A DNA stretch of 64,000 nucleotides, taken from the NCBI RefSeq assembly GCF_006345805.1, contig NC_043003.1:27466001-27530000 (forward strand). Direction: 5' to 3'. The notes under the pieces are model-generated. The model was given only the letters and a program-made list of their open reading frames with translations, did not search any database and was not told the DNA's origin. Shown here piece after piece: positions 1-10,556 of the stretch. The translations under genes and the position numbers were made by a program. Source of the stretch: Octopus sinensis. Its lineage: Eukaryota. How positions within the stretch are numbered: the stretch's first letter is position 1; each line of letters opens with the position of its first letter.

Positions 1-1121
1 CCCCCAAAAAAAACTATCGCCTAAATTGTAACGCAAAACGATAGGGAACAAAAGTGTAATGCTTTAAGGGAAAAAAGGGATTCGGAGGAAAGCTGCTTTG
101 TTAATTAGTCCGGGAAGAGGGTGCCTGCAATTTAAACCACGGATACAAAAAACGAAAAAGTTGAATGAAATGAAAAATGCAATGGTGGAGGAGTTATCTG
201 TCAAATACGGCGAAGTGGTTGTTTAATGAATAAAAGTAGTTTGTGGTGGTGGTGATGGGGAAGGCACTTGAGAGCTTTCTTTTTCTTTAGTAACAGCTGT
301 GCGACGGTGAAGAAAGATGTGGCGGCCAACAAGCTCCACCGCCACAGCAGAAAACGAGAAAAAAAAAAACGCTAAAGTGTTACACATCAGCTGAATACGT
401 TTACCTATTTTATATAAGTTTCAAGGATACACAGGTAAATCGATGTTATATGGAAAAAGAGGAAATTAAATAAGACGGTTTATAATTCAAAGACATTAAT
501 GACGTAAATGAAATCGAAACCGGGCCGCGAATTTTACTTCGCGAGTGGAGACAGAGTTATTCAAATTTCTTCTTCATGAATTTGATACTCAAGGAGAGTT
601 TTTTTTTTCCTCCTTTTTGAAAGCATTTTCTTCCCTAAAGTTTGTATGCGTTTGGCGGTTTTCATTAGGAAAATGTACGTTCTATATTCCTGGCAACCCA
701 CATTATATATCACGTTGGTAATGACTATGAATTTTTAATGTATGCATATGAACATTGCAGAAAAGTTCTTTAATCTCTACCTTAATATACATACCATTTT
801 AATCTTTTTCAATTTATGTAAGTGCTCACCTGAAACGCTTTACATTTATATTGTGATTAGGCTTAGCACCACAATGTTTCGAACAGATGAAAGTACCCCA
901 TCACCACTTTTTCACACTTCATCGGCGTAAAAATAAAATTTAAAAAACCTAGAATACTGCTCCCGACCAAAGACCTTTTGAGCATTGCTACCGACATATT
1001 TTGGTAAAGTTTTAGAACACTATGAAAAAACAAAAGCAAACAATGGTCTCGATTACTAAATTTATAAATCTTAGGAGCAACGAAAGCAGAGGAGCTGCTA
1101 CATACAAAAAGTCATACATAC

Positions 1122-1373
1122 CTTTGCATTTCTCAACGGGCGCTTTCGTTGTTGGGTTACCGGTACATTTCTGTCCAAAAATACCTTCAGATCGCTGCCG
1201 ACAGAACGGCCGAGTTCACCGAGGACTTCTCGTTTCTTTTGGTTTCGACCGAAACGAGACACTGCATCGTTTTCAGTTGGGACCCGGTTTTCATCATTGA
1301 TTAATGCATTCTCCTTAAGTATTCTGGCAGGTTGTGCAAGTAGTCGGTTAGTACCATTGTTTTGAAGCGACAT
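1122..1373 (-). CDS. First coding exon (84 codons) of a probable cell-cycle regulator with KEN and D-box motifs, cyclin A-like N-terminus; remainder of gene lies off the left edge
   Basis: ATG at 1373; open frame ends at a canonical phase-0 donor AAG|GTATGT (intron starts 1121). The peptide contains LKEN, DENR, KKREVLGEL (RxxL) and RPLRNAK, similar in order to the DxENQ..RAxLGxI..QPxRAAK pattern I recall from molluscan cyclin A. No cyclin box is visible, so the identity is unconfirmed. Confidence 0.55.
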
Positions 1374-2099
1374 TGTTGCTGTCTCTTGGTAATTTCTCTG
1401 TTCGTGGCTAGTGATATCCAGCTACCCACTGATATAATGTAGATATGTTATATTTATAATGCTTGTAGATTATCTTCCTTTCCTTTTGTGTTGGTAATGT
1501 TAATAGTGTATGTGTATATGAGGGGTTGGATTTTTTAAGCTTGTTATCACTCAGAAATAATACCAATATATCTTTATAACTTTAAATTAAGCGATGTTTT
1601 GGAAACAATAACAAACACAGAAAGTGAAGAAATCGTTAGGAAAGAAAAAGAAAAAGAATAAGCGAACGCCCACGATGTAGCTAAATAGAAGGAAGAAAAG
1701 AAAGCAAAATAACCAATATTAATAAAATACTTCCTTCCTTTTATACTTTGACGATGATATGAGAATATATATGCATATATACATGAATAAGCATTTCGTG
1801 ATTTGGGGACAACTGAAGAAAGAAAAAATAAATAGCAGATACGGTTAAAGGGTAGAAAATTATATTGTTTAGCCGGACAATGAAACGTTTTAAACTGAGA
1901 AAAAAAACAGAAAAGAGAATTTCTGCGTAAATATAATATCTGGTGTTAAATATGTCCGTTGTTTTCGCTGATATAATCAGGAATTAAAAAAAAAAGAAAT
2001 TGAAGTGACAGTGCGACCAAAACCATAAAAAAATAGGAGCAGCTTGCTTTCTTCTGTTTAGCGTGGTAAGCCGTTTGTATGAGTTGTTCACGTTGAATT

Positions 2100-2175
2100 A
2101 CCCGCTACACTTGAATTGACCAATAAATAGCGTGTATTCTCATCACGTGCTCTCTCGCTTGTTATTTTGAAAAAT
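2100..2175. promoter_or_regulatory. Possible promoter motifs upstream of the minus-strand gene (CCAAT, CACGTG E-box, TTTGAA)
   Basis: Motifs CCAAT (~2120), CACGTG (~2144) and TTTGAA (~2166) sit in a relatively CpG-containing stretch; short motifs only, no TSS data. Confidence 0.2.
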
Positions 2176-2229
2176 TCATACAAATCTTCTTAACAGTGGT
2201 TCGCTTTTCCCTTCCCTCATGCTACTATT

Positions 2230-2248
2230 GTGTGTGTGTGTGTATATG

Positions 2249-2308
<60 letters not shown>

Positions 2309-2622
2309 CACACATTTATGTATACATATATATAAATATATACGTTTATGTATATATATATATATATATACGTTTATGTATATATATATATATATATATA
2401 ATATACGTTTATGTATATATATATAATATACGTTTATGTATATATATATATATATATAATATATATATATATAAATATATACGTTTATGTATATATATAT
2501 ATATATATAAATATACGTTTATGTATATATATAAATATATACGTTCATGTATACATATATATATATATAATATATACGTTTATGTATACATATATATATA
2601 TATATATAAATATACGTTTATG

Positions 2623-2716
<94 letters not shown>

Positions 2717-2870
2717 GTTTATGTATACATATATATATATACGTTTGTGTATACATACATATATATATATTTATATTTCATAACTGTGCGTGGGTGTATG
2801 CGCGTGTATACATACATATATACATACACACACATATATATATGTATATATATATACACATACATACATT
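2230..2870. repeat. Compound (TA)n/(CA)n microsatellite with recurring ACGTTTATG anchor
   Basis: Directly visible; 11 anchor copies (2 variant) separated by variable TA tracts. Further pure TA/GA tracts at ~2990-3115 and ~3358-3480. Confidence 0.95.
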
Positions 2871-3040
2871 TGAACATACACACTCGCACACAAATATATA
2901 ACTTGTTCGTTTGTTTAAGACATCTTTTTGAATGTCAGTTTCTTTCTAGTTAATCATTCACAAGGGATTGTGCTATTATGTCATTCTCATACACACACAC
3001 ACATATATATATATATATAGAGAGAGAGAGATATGAATGC

Positions 3041-3105
<65 letters not shown>

Positions 3106-3375
3106 ATATACATATATGAAACGATCGTAGTGTTTTACTCTTTATCTTTTATTAAACTTTTAATACTTTTGATATATATTTAAAATAATATAAATTAATT
3201 AATTTTATGTATTGGCTTATGTTTTTCATTGTTTGATTTGCCTAATAGTCGTTTTATCTCTAATTTAATATAATATAATATATTTTACTATAAAATTGGA
3301 TTTAATCCTAAATCTGATTTTTCCCTGTAAGTTTGGATTTATTCCCTAATATTTTATTATATATATATATATAAT

Positions 3376-3423
<48 letters not shown>

Positions 3424-3529
3424 TATACACATACATACATATCTATAAATATATCTATAGAGAGAGACACACACATACAGGGTATATAATACAGTTCTAT
3501 AAAAATTACTAACAATTTGTCATAAATCA

Positions 3530-4245
3530 GGCATTGCAATGTGGTGAGAAGTTTAATTCTCAACCACATGGTTTTGGGTTCAGTCTCATTGCGTGGCACC
3601 TTGGATAAGTGTCTTCTGCTATAGCCTCAAGCTCACCAAAGCTCTAAGTGGATTTGGTAGATAGGAAATGAAAGTTATTCCATCGTGTGTGTGTGTGAGA
3701 CAACGAGTGTTGTCGTGTTTACGTCCCCGTAATTTAGCTGTTCGGCAAAAGATATCTATATTTCTTTATTGCCCACAAGGGGCTAAACACAGAGGGGACA
3801 AACAAGGACAGATAAACGGATTAAGTCGATTACATCGACCCCAGTGCGATTCTGGTACTTTATTTATCGACCCCGAAAGGATGAAAGGCGGAGTCGACCA
3901 CGGCGGAATTTGAATTCAGAACGTAACGCAGACGAAATACCTATTTCTTTATTACCCACAAGGGGCTAAACATAGAGGGGACAAACAAGGACCCAGTGCG
4001 TAACTGGTACTTAATTTATCGACCCCGAAAGGATGAAAGGTAAAGTCGACCTCGGCGGAATTTGAACTCACAACGTAACGGCAGACGAAATACCGCTAAG
4101 CATTTCGCCCGGCGTGCTAACGATTCTGCCAGCTCATCAACAAGATAGGAACCCAGCTTAAAATACTGGGGTTGATTCGTTCCACTAAAATTCTCCGATG
4201 CGGTGCTCCGGCATGACCGCAGTCTAATTAGTGAAACACGTAAAA
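3530..4245. mobile_element. Cluster of tRNA-derived SINEs: a plus-strand copy interrupted by a tandemly duplicated minus-strand SINE of a second family
   Basis: Head with GGGTTCAGTC B-box-like sequence at ~3576. The block CTTTATT(G/A)CCCACAAGGGGCTAAAC...TCGACCCCGAAAGGATGAAAGG...GGCGGAATTTGAA occurs twice (~3760-3940 and ~3941-4135). The first SINE's tail resumes at ~4160-4245. Confidence 0.8.
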
Positions 4246-4704
4246 GACAAACGATATAAGATATAGTATACTTACATAGACACATACGTACGCGTACACA
4301 CACACACCCATACACACGCGCGCGCGCACACACACACACGTATATAGATACGTTCACACATGCCTATTTATATACATACATACACATGTTTTGTTTCAAT
4401 CATTTGATTGTGGCGGCCATGCTGTAGCACTGATTTGATTGGTTTACTCAAACAAATATATCCGAATACTTATTTTTATCTAAAATCTGATACTAATTAC
4501 ATCGGAGGATCCTTTTACTGAACCGCTAGGTCACAGGGATGAAAACAAACCAACACTAATTGTCAAGCAATGATGGAGAACATAGACAAGCAAGCAAAAA
4601 AAAACAATCCCTCCTCCTCATTCCCTCACCCCATCCCTTCCCCCCATCCATCTATCCATAGATACATACATGTTCACACATGGATATATACATACATACA
4701 TATA

Positions 4705-5862
4705 TATATATCATCATCATCATCGTTAAATGTCTGTTTTCCATGCTAGCATGGGTTGGACGGTTCGACCAGGGTCTGGGAAGCCAGGAGGCTGCGCCAG
4801 GGTCCAGTCTGATCTGGAAGTGTTTCTACAGCTGGATGCCCTTCTTAATGCCAACCACTCTGTGAATGTAGTGGGTGCTTTTTACGTTCCATCAGCTCAG
4901 GGGCCAGAGGAGGCTGTCAAATGGCCATGATCGGTTGGTGCTTTTTATGTGTCACCGACATGGACACCGGTCAGTTGGCGCTGGCACCGGCCACATTCAG
5001 ATGGTGCTTTTTACGTGCCACCGGCATGGGTATCACAACTACAATTTCCATTTGATTTTTATTTTGATGTTGATGTTGATGTACTTGACTCAATAGGTCT
5101 CAAGCACAGCAGGTCACCCTACGGTCCAAGGTTAGTACAGCAGGCCGTCCTGCAAGCCATGAACTCACTTCATTTGTCGGGTCTTTGCGGTCACAGCATA
5201 TCTCAGCTCTTGGTCTTTCGTCATTGCCTCTGTGAGGCCCAACATGCCACCAGCACGGGTATCACAACTACAATATCCATTTGATTTTTATTTTGATGTT
5301 GATGTACTTGACTCAATAGGTCCCCTCAAGCACAGCAGATCACCCTATGTTCCAAGGTTAGCACAGCAGGCTGTCCTGCGAGCCATGAACTCACTTCATT
5401 TGTCGGGTCTTCACAGTCACAGCATATCTCCAGAGGTCTCGGTCTTTCGTTGTAGCCTCTGTGAGGCCCAACGTTCAAAGGTCATGCTTGACCACCTCAT
5501 CCCATATCTTCCTGGGTCTACCTCTACCCCGGATTCCTTCAACAGTTTGAGAGTGGCACTTCTTCACACATCTCTCCTCATCCATCCATAGTACATAACC
5601 ATATCAACGCAAATGTCTCTCCTGCACGCCACATCCAATGCTTCTTGTGTCCAACATTTCTCTCAGAGCGCTTACACTCTGTCATGCATGCAAAGTGACA
5701 TAACACATCCAGCAGATCATGCTAGCTTCATTTCTTTCGAACCTGCACATGTCCTCTGCAGTCACGGCCCATGTTTCACTGCTGAGAAGGATGGCAGTTC
5801 GCACACATGCGTCATACAATCTACCTTTCACTCTGAGTGAGAGACCCTTTGTCGCCAGTAGG
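4705..5862 (-). mobile_element. 5'-truncated RTE-clade LINE 3' fragment with (CAT)n tail and an internal ~230-bp tandem duplication
   Basis: Homologous to the 3' part of the RTE at 41080-43085 (same 3' UTR; minus frame reads like ..VKHDL..LGLTEAMTKDRD..). Segment ~5020-5240 is repeated at ~5250-5475. Confidence 0.85.
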
Positions 5863-5866
5863 GATA

Positions 5867-6490
5867 TCTATATATATAAAACTCAACTTGTGTGTCTGTG
5901 TGTGTGTCTGTGTGTTTAACTTTCCGGCACATCTCCTCCTAGCCAACAAATCGTAGAACCACCAAAAATGGGTCACTTAAAGTTTAGGCGAATGAAAATT
6001 GAACTGCGCTATTTCTGTTCCGAAATTCATCTCGCAAGTGTAAAAATCGATAATGTGTTTGTTTAGGCCCTATCCCATGCATTGAATAGTGAACTTTACT
6101 CAGTCAGCTGTGTCACCACACGTGCAAGCATGCGTAAATTGCATGAAAAATAAAAAATCAAGATATAAAAATGAATCGCCGTAAACATTGTAGAAATTCG
6201 GCAAAGAAATGAATTTTCGGGATGTAGCCTGGAGGGTTTTTTTGTAGTAATCGTTTGGACTTTGTGAACACATACCAATTATTTTCTTAACATTTTTAAT
6301 GCTTTGAATTAAATGTGACCATTTTGCGTTGAGTCTGCAGTTTGAATCACTTTAACCAACTTTTAGCAGGCCGGATTTTTGAACATCACGATACATCGCC
6401 AGCGACTCCCTGAAACTCTCCCCTGAAATCCCCGTTGAGAAATCTATATATATAAAACTCAACTTGTGTGTCTGTGTGTTTAACTTTGGG
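5867..6490 (+). mobile_element. Helitron-like non-autonomous element(s), 5' ends only
   Basis: A|TCTATATATATAAAACTCAACTTGTGTGTCTG at 5867 and again at ~6443; no CTRR 3' end identified. Confidence 0.55.
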
Positions 6491-6536
6491 ATCTACCAAG
6501 TTTCATTATTAAGGATGGAAAGTAGTGTGTAGCAAA

Positions 6537-6922
6537 TCTATATATATAAAGCTGAAGTTGTCTGTGTGTGGCAGGTTTGGTAGCCTTCAACTAACACTAT
6601 CTCCTTCGAGACCCTGCAGCGCAAGTTGACCAAAATTGAGAGTATGATAGAAGGCTTGCTCTTCATTCTGTAGAAGATAAAATTCAAATCGGACCATGTT
6701 AACACCAAAAATTATTTACATCAAAAAGGTGCTTTTTTTCTATGAAAATCCCTATTTTTTACGATTTTTGACTGCTGTGTCACCATTTTTCAGTGTATTT
6801 CAACTGGAAAAATGTTCACTTGAAGAGAATGACAAGTTGCATAATGCAAAATTTTTACTTTTCAAAAATTCCAATTCTAAAGGGTCGAAACAAACCCAAG
6901 CAACACCGGGTGATACTGCTAG
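6537..6922 (+). mobile_element. Complete non-autonomous Helitron (family H1)
   Basis: Inserted between A and T; 5' TC(TA)n; 3' CTAG preceded by a subterminal CCCAAGCAACACCGGG hairpin remnant. A second copy is at 61917-62304. Confidence 0.85.
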
Positions 6923-7164
6923 TATATATATTTATATATATATATACATATATACATTGAGCTTCCACACACTTTCTGTCTACCTAATTCACTTACAAAG
7001 CATTGATTGATTCAGGTCTATAGTGGAAATCAAGGTGCCATGTGGTAGGATTGAATGTGAAACCACATGACTGCAAAGCGAATTTCTTAACCACACAGCG
7101 ATGCCATGCAGCTGTACTTCCGCATACATGCATGCATACATACATACATACATACATGATTACA

Positions 7165-7450
7165 ATTCAAGCCATCAATGGAACTGTAAAAATTCATAAA
7201 ACTTTCCAGAAGTTTAGTATTTAAGTATAAGTGTGTATGTCTAGATATGCAACTATACACAAGAAAACAGATGCGTAAGACAAAATATACAAATATGCAC
7301 ATGCACTGACTCTAAATACTACATATATACACACAAATATGCACAAATGTCCTGTTGATGCTGAAATTCCAATGAAGGAACCTTGGAACAAGGTTAGAAA
7401 CTGGCTCTTTCTCTGCTGACAAGAAACCTTGACATAAAACTGAGTAATAA
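7165..7450 (+). mobile_element. R4/Dong-type LINE 3' end (last codons and 3' UTR)
   Basis: Frame reads IQAINGTVKIHKTFQKFSI*, matching the ORF end seen at ~27275-27340 (minus); the 3' UTR matches 7481-7566 in inverted orientation. Confidence 0.75.
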
Positions 7451-7480
7451 CATGTATGTATGTATGTATGTACGTATGTC

Positions 7481-9600
7481 ATTATTCAGTTTTATTTCAA
7501 GATTTAGAAAAAGAGCTGGTTTCTAACCTAGATCCAAGGCTCCTTCATTGGAATTTCAACACCTATGCTGACCTTCAGTATAAGTGTTCCCTTTTTCACT
7601 GATCTCCAGTTTTATGTTAACATCCACTGGGCAGCTAATTTCCACAATTGTGCACAGTTTCTCTTCTCTATCCCAAATCATTATATCAGGTCTGCTGTGC
7701 TACATCACTGTTTATGTGGAAATTATGTGCTTGTTAGTATTTTTCACATCTTCACATCAATGGCTTGGATCTCATCAAGCATCCTTGTGGGATGACGTCA
7801 GCAGCGGGGTGCGTTGACCGGAAGCTGGGGCAAGCGGAAGGGGCCAGCTGTCAAGCGTGCGCAGGGGGCGGAAATTGACCTTTCCAATGTGGGTTGTGCT
7901 GGTGACAAGACGTGCGAGGACGTCGCTAAGGGTTTGGGACTAGCAGCTGCTATCGTTAGTGTTCGGGTCGGGGCTGTGAGGAAAGACCAGTCATCTCTGG
8001 AGGACCTCTGTCACTACGAAGAGAAGGTAGGTGCCTCTATATTCAAATCGCACACTCACTACAATCCTATCAAGCAGCCCAAATGTTGGTATGAGTACAG
8101 GCAGTGCAAACACATTGTGGGCCACTGTTTTATTGAATGCACAGAGTTCTGAGGTCCAAATTTTCTTTATTCAGCTGTAATAATATTCTTTTGTGACATG
8201 TGTTTTGTTACAGGTACCATTGTCAGATGTATTTTCATCCACCCTTAGATACCTGTAACATTCCTTCTCAGACACAGGGGAAGCAGTCAAATCATTGATG
8301 GAGATGTTACTAGTCTAGTTTATAGTTTTCCCCCTTTTCACAACCATGTAACATTTATCCTGACCAAACTCCAACCCTACATCCTTTGAGAATGTTGTAA
8401 CTAGGTCAAGGCTCTTTTTCATCTGACGCATATTCTTTGTATAAAGTTTAAAGTCATCCACAAAGAAACAGTGTGTAAGTTTGATATTTCTCTTTCCTTG
8501 TGAACCATCGAGATATCCTTCAGACTTCCTTAACATGAATGACAAGGGATTTACAGAAAGTATAAACAACATCACAGAGAGGCTGTCCCCTTCAAATATG
8601 CCTTTGCAATACTGTATTCTATCGGTGAAAATACAGTCACTCTTTGTGTTTAATTTCAAGATGGTGGTCCATGATGAAGTCAGGTCAGCTATGGCTTTGA
8701 CTATTCTTACTGGAACTTTAGCAAGATGAAGGGCTTCCAGCATCCATGAGTGGAGAACAGAGTCAAATACTTTCTTGTAGTCTAGCCACATTGAAACTAG
8801 GTTCCTCCTATGCTCTCACCCCTCTGACATCACAGTTTTGCTCAACACATCCCCAGATTCCTCTCTTCCCAGTTGCTTGTTCTGCTGTGATAATGTTATT
8901 GGTTTCACAATGGTCCTGGAGTATGAGGCTTAAGTATGCTGTATATATCTTATACATTAAGTTCTGGCAAGTAATTGGCTGGTAGTTTTTTGCTATGTGG
9001 GTAGTTCTGCATTTGGGAATCAATTTTGTCTCTGCCAATGCTAACCAGTGTGGTATGCTACTGTTCCCAATAAAAGCTTGCTGGTACAGATTGATAAGAT
9101 GTGGTCAGTAGAATGTTAGCTTCTTGTACCAATATCCAACAATCAAGTCTCTTCCAGGTGCTTTTCCATCCTGGAGTTTCTGGATTACAGCTGCAAGAGT
9201 TTCACCATCAATGTTATATGTCTTGGATGTAATGCAGGAACAATAACTTTATTGGATTTCTTCCAGCCATAAAACATCTTGGTTAAATTCCTTCTCTTCA
9301 CTCTAGATTTTCCTCCAGAAGGAGTTTATGTCTGCTCGTGAAGGAGCTTCCGTGATGTTTACTGCTCCTCCTTTCATGTCTCTGTATACTGCTGCCTGGT
9401 TGTGGTTAAATTTTTTGTTTATTGTTCTTCTCTCGGTTATTCTCTTCTGATGTCAAAATTTTTCACTGACAGCTTTTAGTTCCTGCTTGAGGGTAATCAG
9501 TTTGCAAATGAGTGTCCTCATTTTGCTGTCTCAAAACATCATTTCTATCTCCTTCTTTACTCTCTGTTGGTGGTACGTATAGTGGTTTGCTTGTATGAAC
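7481..9600 (-). mobile_element. Degenerate R4/Dong-clade (RLE-type) non-LTR retrotransposon: RT plus restriction-like endonuclease remnant
   Basis: RT motifs WLDYKKVFDSV, GIFEGDSLSVMLF, HCFFVDDFKLY and AKNYQPITCQNLMYKIYT; C-terminal RPDIMIWDREEKLCTIVEISCP (PD-(D/E)xK-like). Many stops and frameshifts. Confidence 0.85.
7786..8063. mobile_element. Solo LTR (278 bp, TG...CA) with 5-bp target-site duplication, nested in the Dong LINE
   Basis: Begins TGTGG, ends CTACA, flanked by ATCCT at 7781-7785 and 8064-8068; removing it plus one TSD copy restores the host frame FGLLDRMLDEIQAIDVK. Confidence 0.85.
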
Positions 9601-9610
9601 TCTTTACCCT

Positions 9611-9823
9611 TTACTCTTTTACTTGTTTCAGTCATTTGACTGTGGCCATGCTGGAGCACAGCCTTTAGTCAAGAAAATCGACCCCAGGACTTATTCTTTG
9701 TAAGTCTAGTACTTATTCTATCAGTCTCTGTTGCCAAACCACTAAGTTATGGGGACATATACATACCAGCATTGGTTGTCAAGCGATGTTGGAGGTGACA
9801 AACACAGACATATAAACATACAT

Positions 9824-9858
<35 letters not shown>

Positions 9859-10167
9859 CACATATATATATGTATGTATATATATATATATGATCTGACT
9901 GGCCTGGTGCAGCCTTCGGGCTCCCCAGACCCCAGTTGAACCGTCCAACCCATGCTAGCATGGAAAGCGGACGTTAAACGATGATGATATATATATATGC
10001 ATAATATACAACGGACTTCTTTCAGTTTCTACCAAATCCACTCACAAGACTTTGGTCGGCCTGAGGCTATAGTAGAAGACACTTGCCCAAGGTGCCATGC
10101 AGTGGGACTGAACCCAGAACCATGAGGTTCGTAAGCAAGCTACTTACCACTCAGCCACTCCTACACC
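9611..10167 (-). mobile_element. Full-length tRNA-derived SINE (family S1) carrying a nested RTE-tail insertion at ~9892-9988
   Basis: Collinear with copies at 25583-25951 and 27442-27837; tRNA-like head, CCTTGGGCAAGTGTCTTCT core, CAGTCAAATGACTG hairpin tail. Confidence 0.9.
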
Positions 10168-10297
10168 TATGTATGTATGTATTTATTGGTATAATGGTAG
10201 TCATCTCTCAAGCATCAATCATTCAACTATTCAAGAAACATTAGAATTACTATTTTTACATCTCACAACGTGAGATATTCAGCAAGAGTACTTTGTA

Positions 10298-10556
10298 GTA
10301 AAGATTGTTCGCCAACATAACATGGTAGTCATGGTTTAGGACAAATGTTGCTGTAACTTAGCCCCAGGAGACATCGTCTCCAGCTGGCTATACGACTCGA
10401 TCTGTGTCCTTATATTTTCAAATAGGGGAATCTAGCACCCTCACTCAACTGAAAACAATATCTGTGTATTGCGATTTCCAGGTTATTTTCCTTCATCAGT
10501 ACAATTATTCTGTCCTAAACCAGGACTGCCATGTTATGTTGGCAAACAATCTTTAC
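10298..10556. mobile_element. MITE-like element with 46-bp terminal inverted repeats
   Basis: 10298-10343 versus reverse complement of 10511-10556 match at 43/46 positions; ~167-bp non-coding interior. Confidence 0.7.

Noticed and set aside
2196-2953. ORFs of 76-180 aa rich in Y/I/H/T
   Set aside because: Translations of (TA)n/(CA)n microsatellite; the same applies to similar short ORFs at 3357, 9742, 22019 and 33135.
7814-8152. 112-aa plus-strand ORF
   Set aside because: Lies across the solo LTR and the antisense strand of the Dong RT; no recognisable protein.
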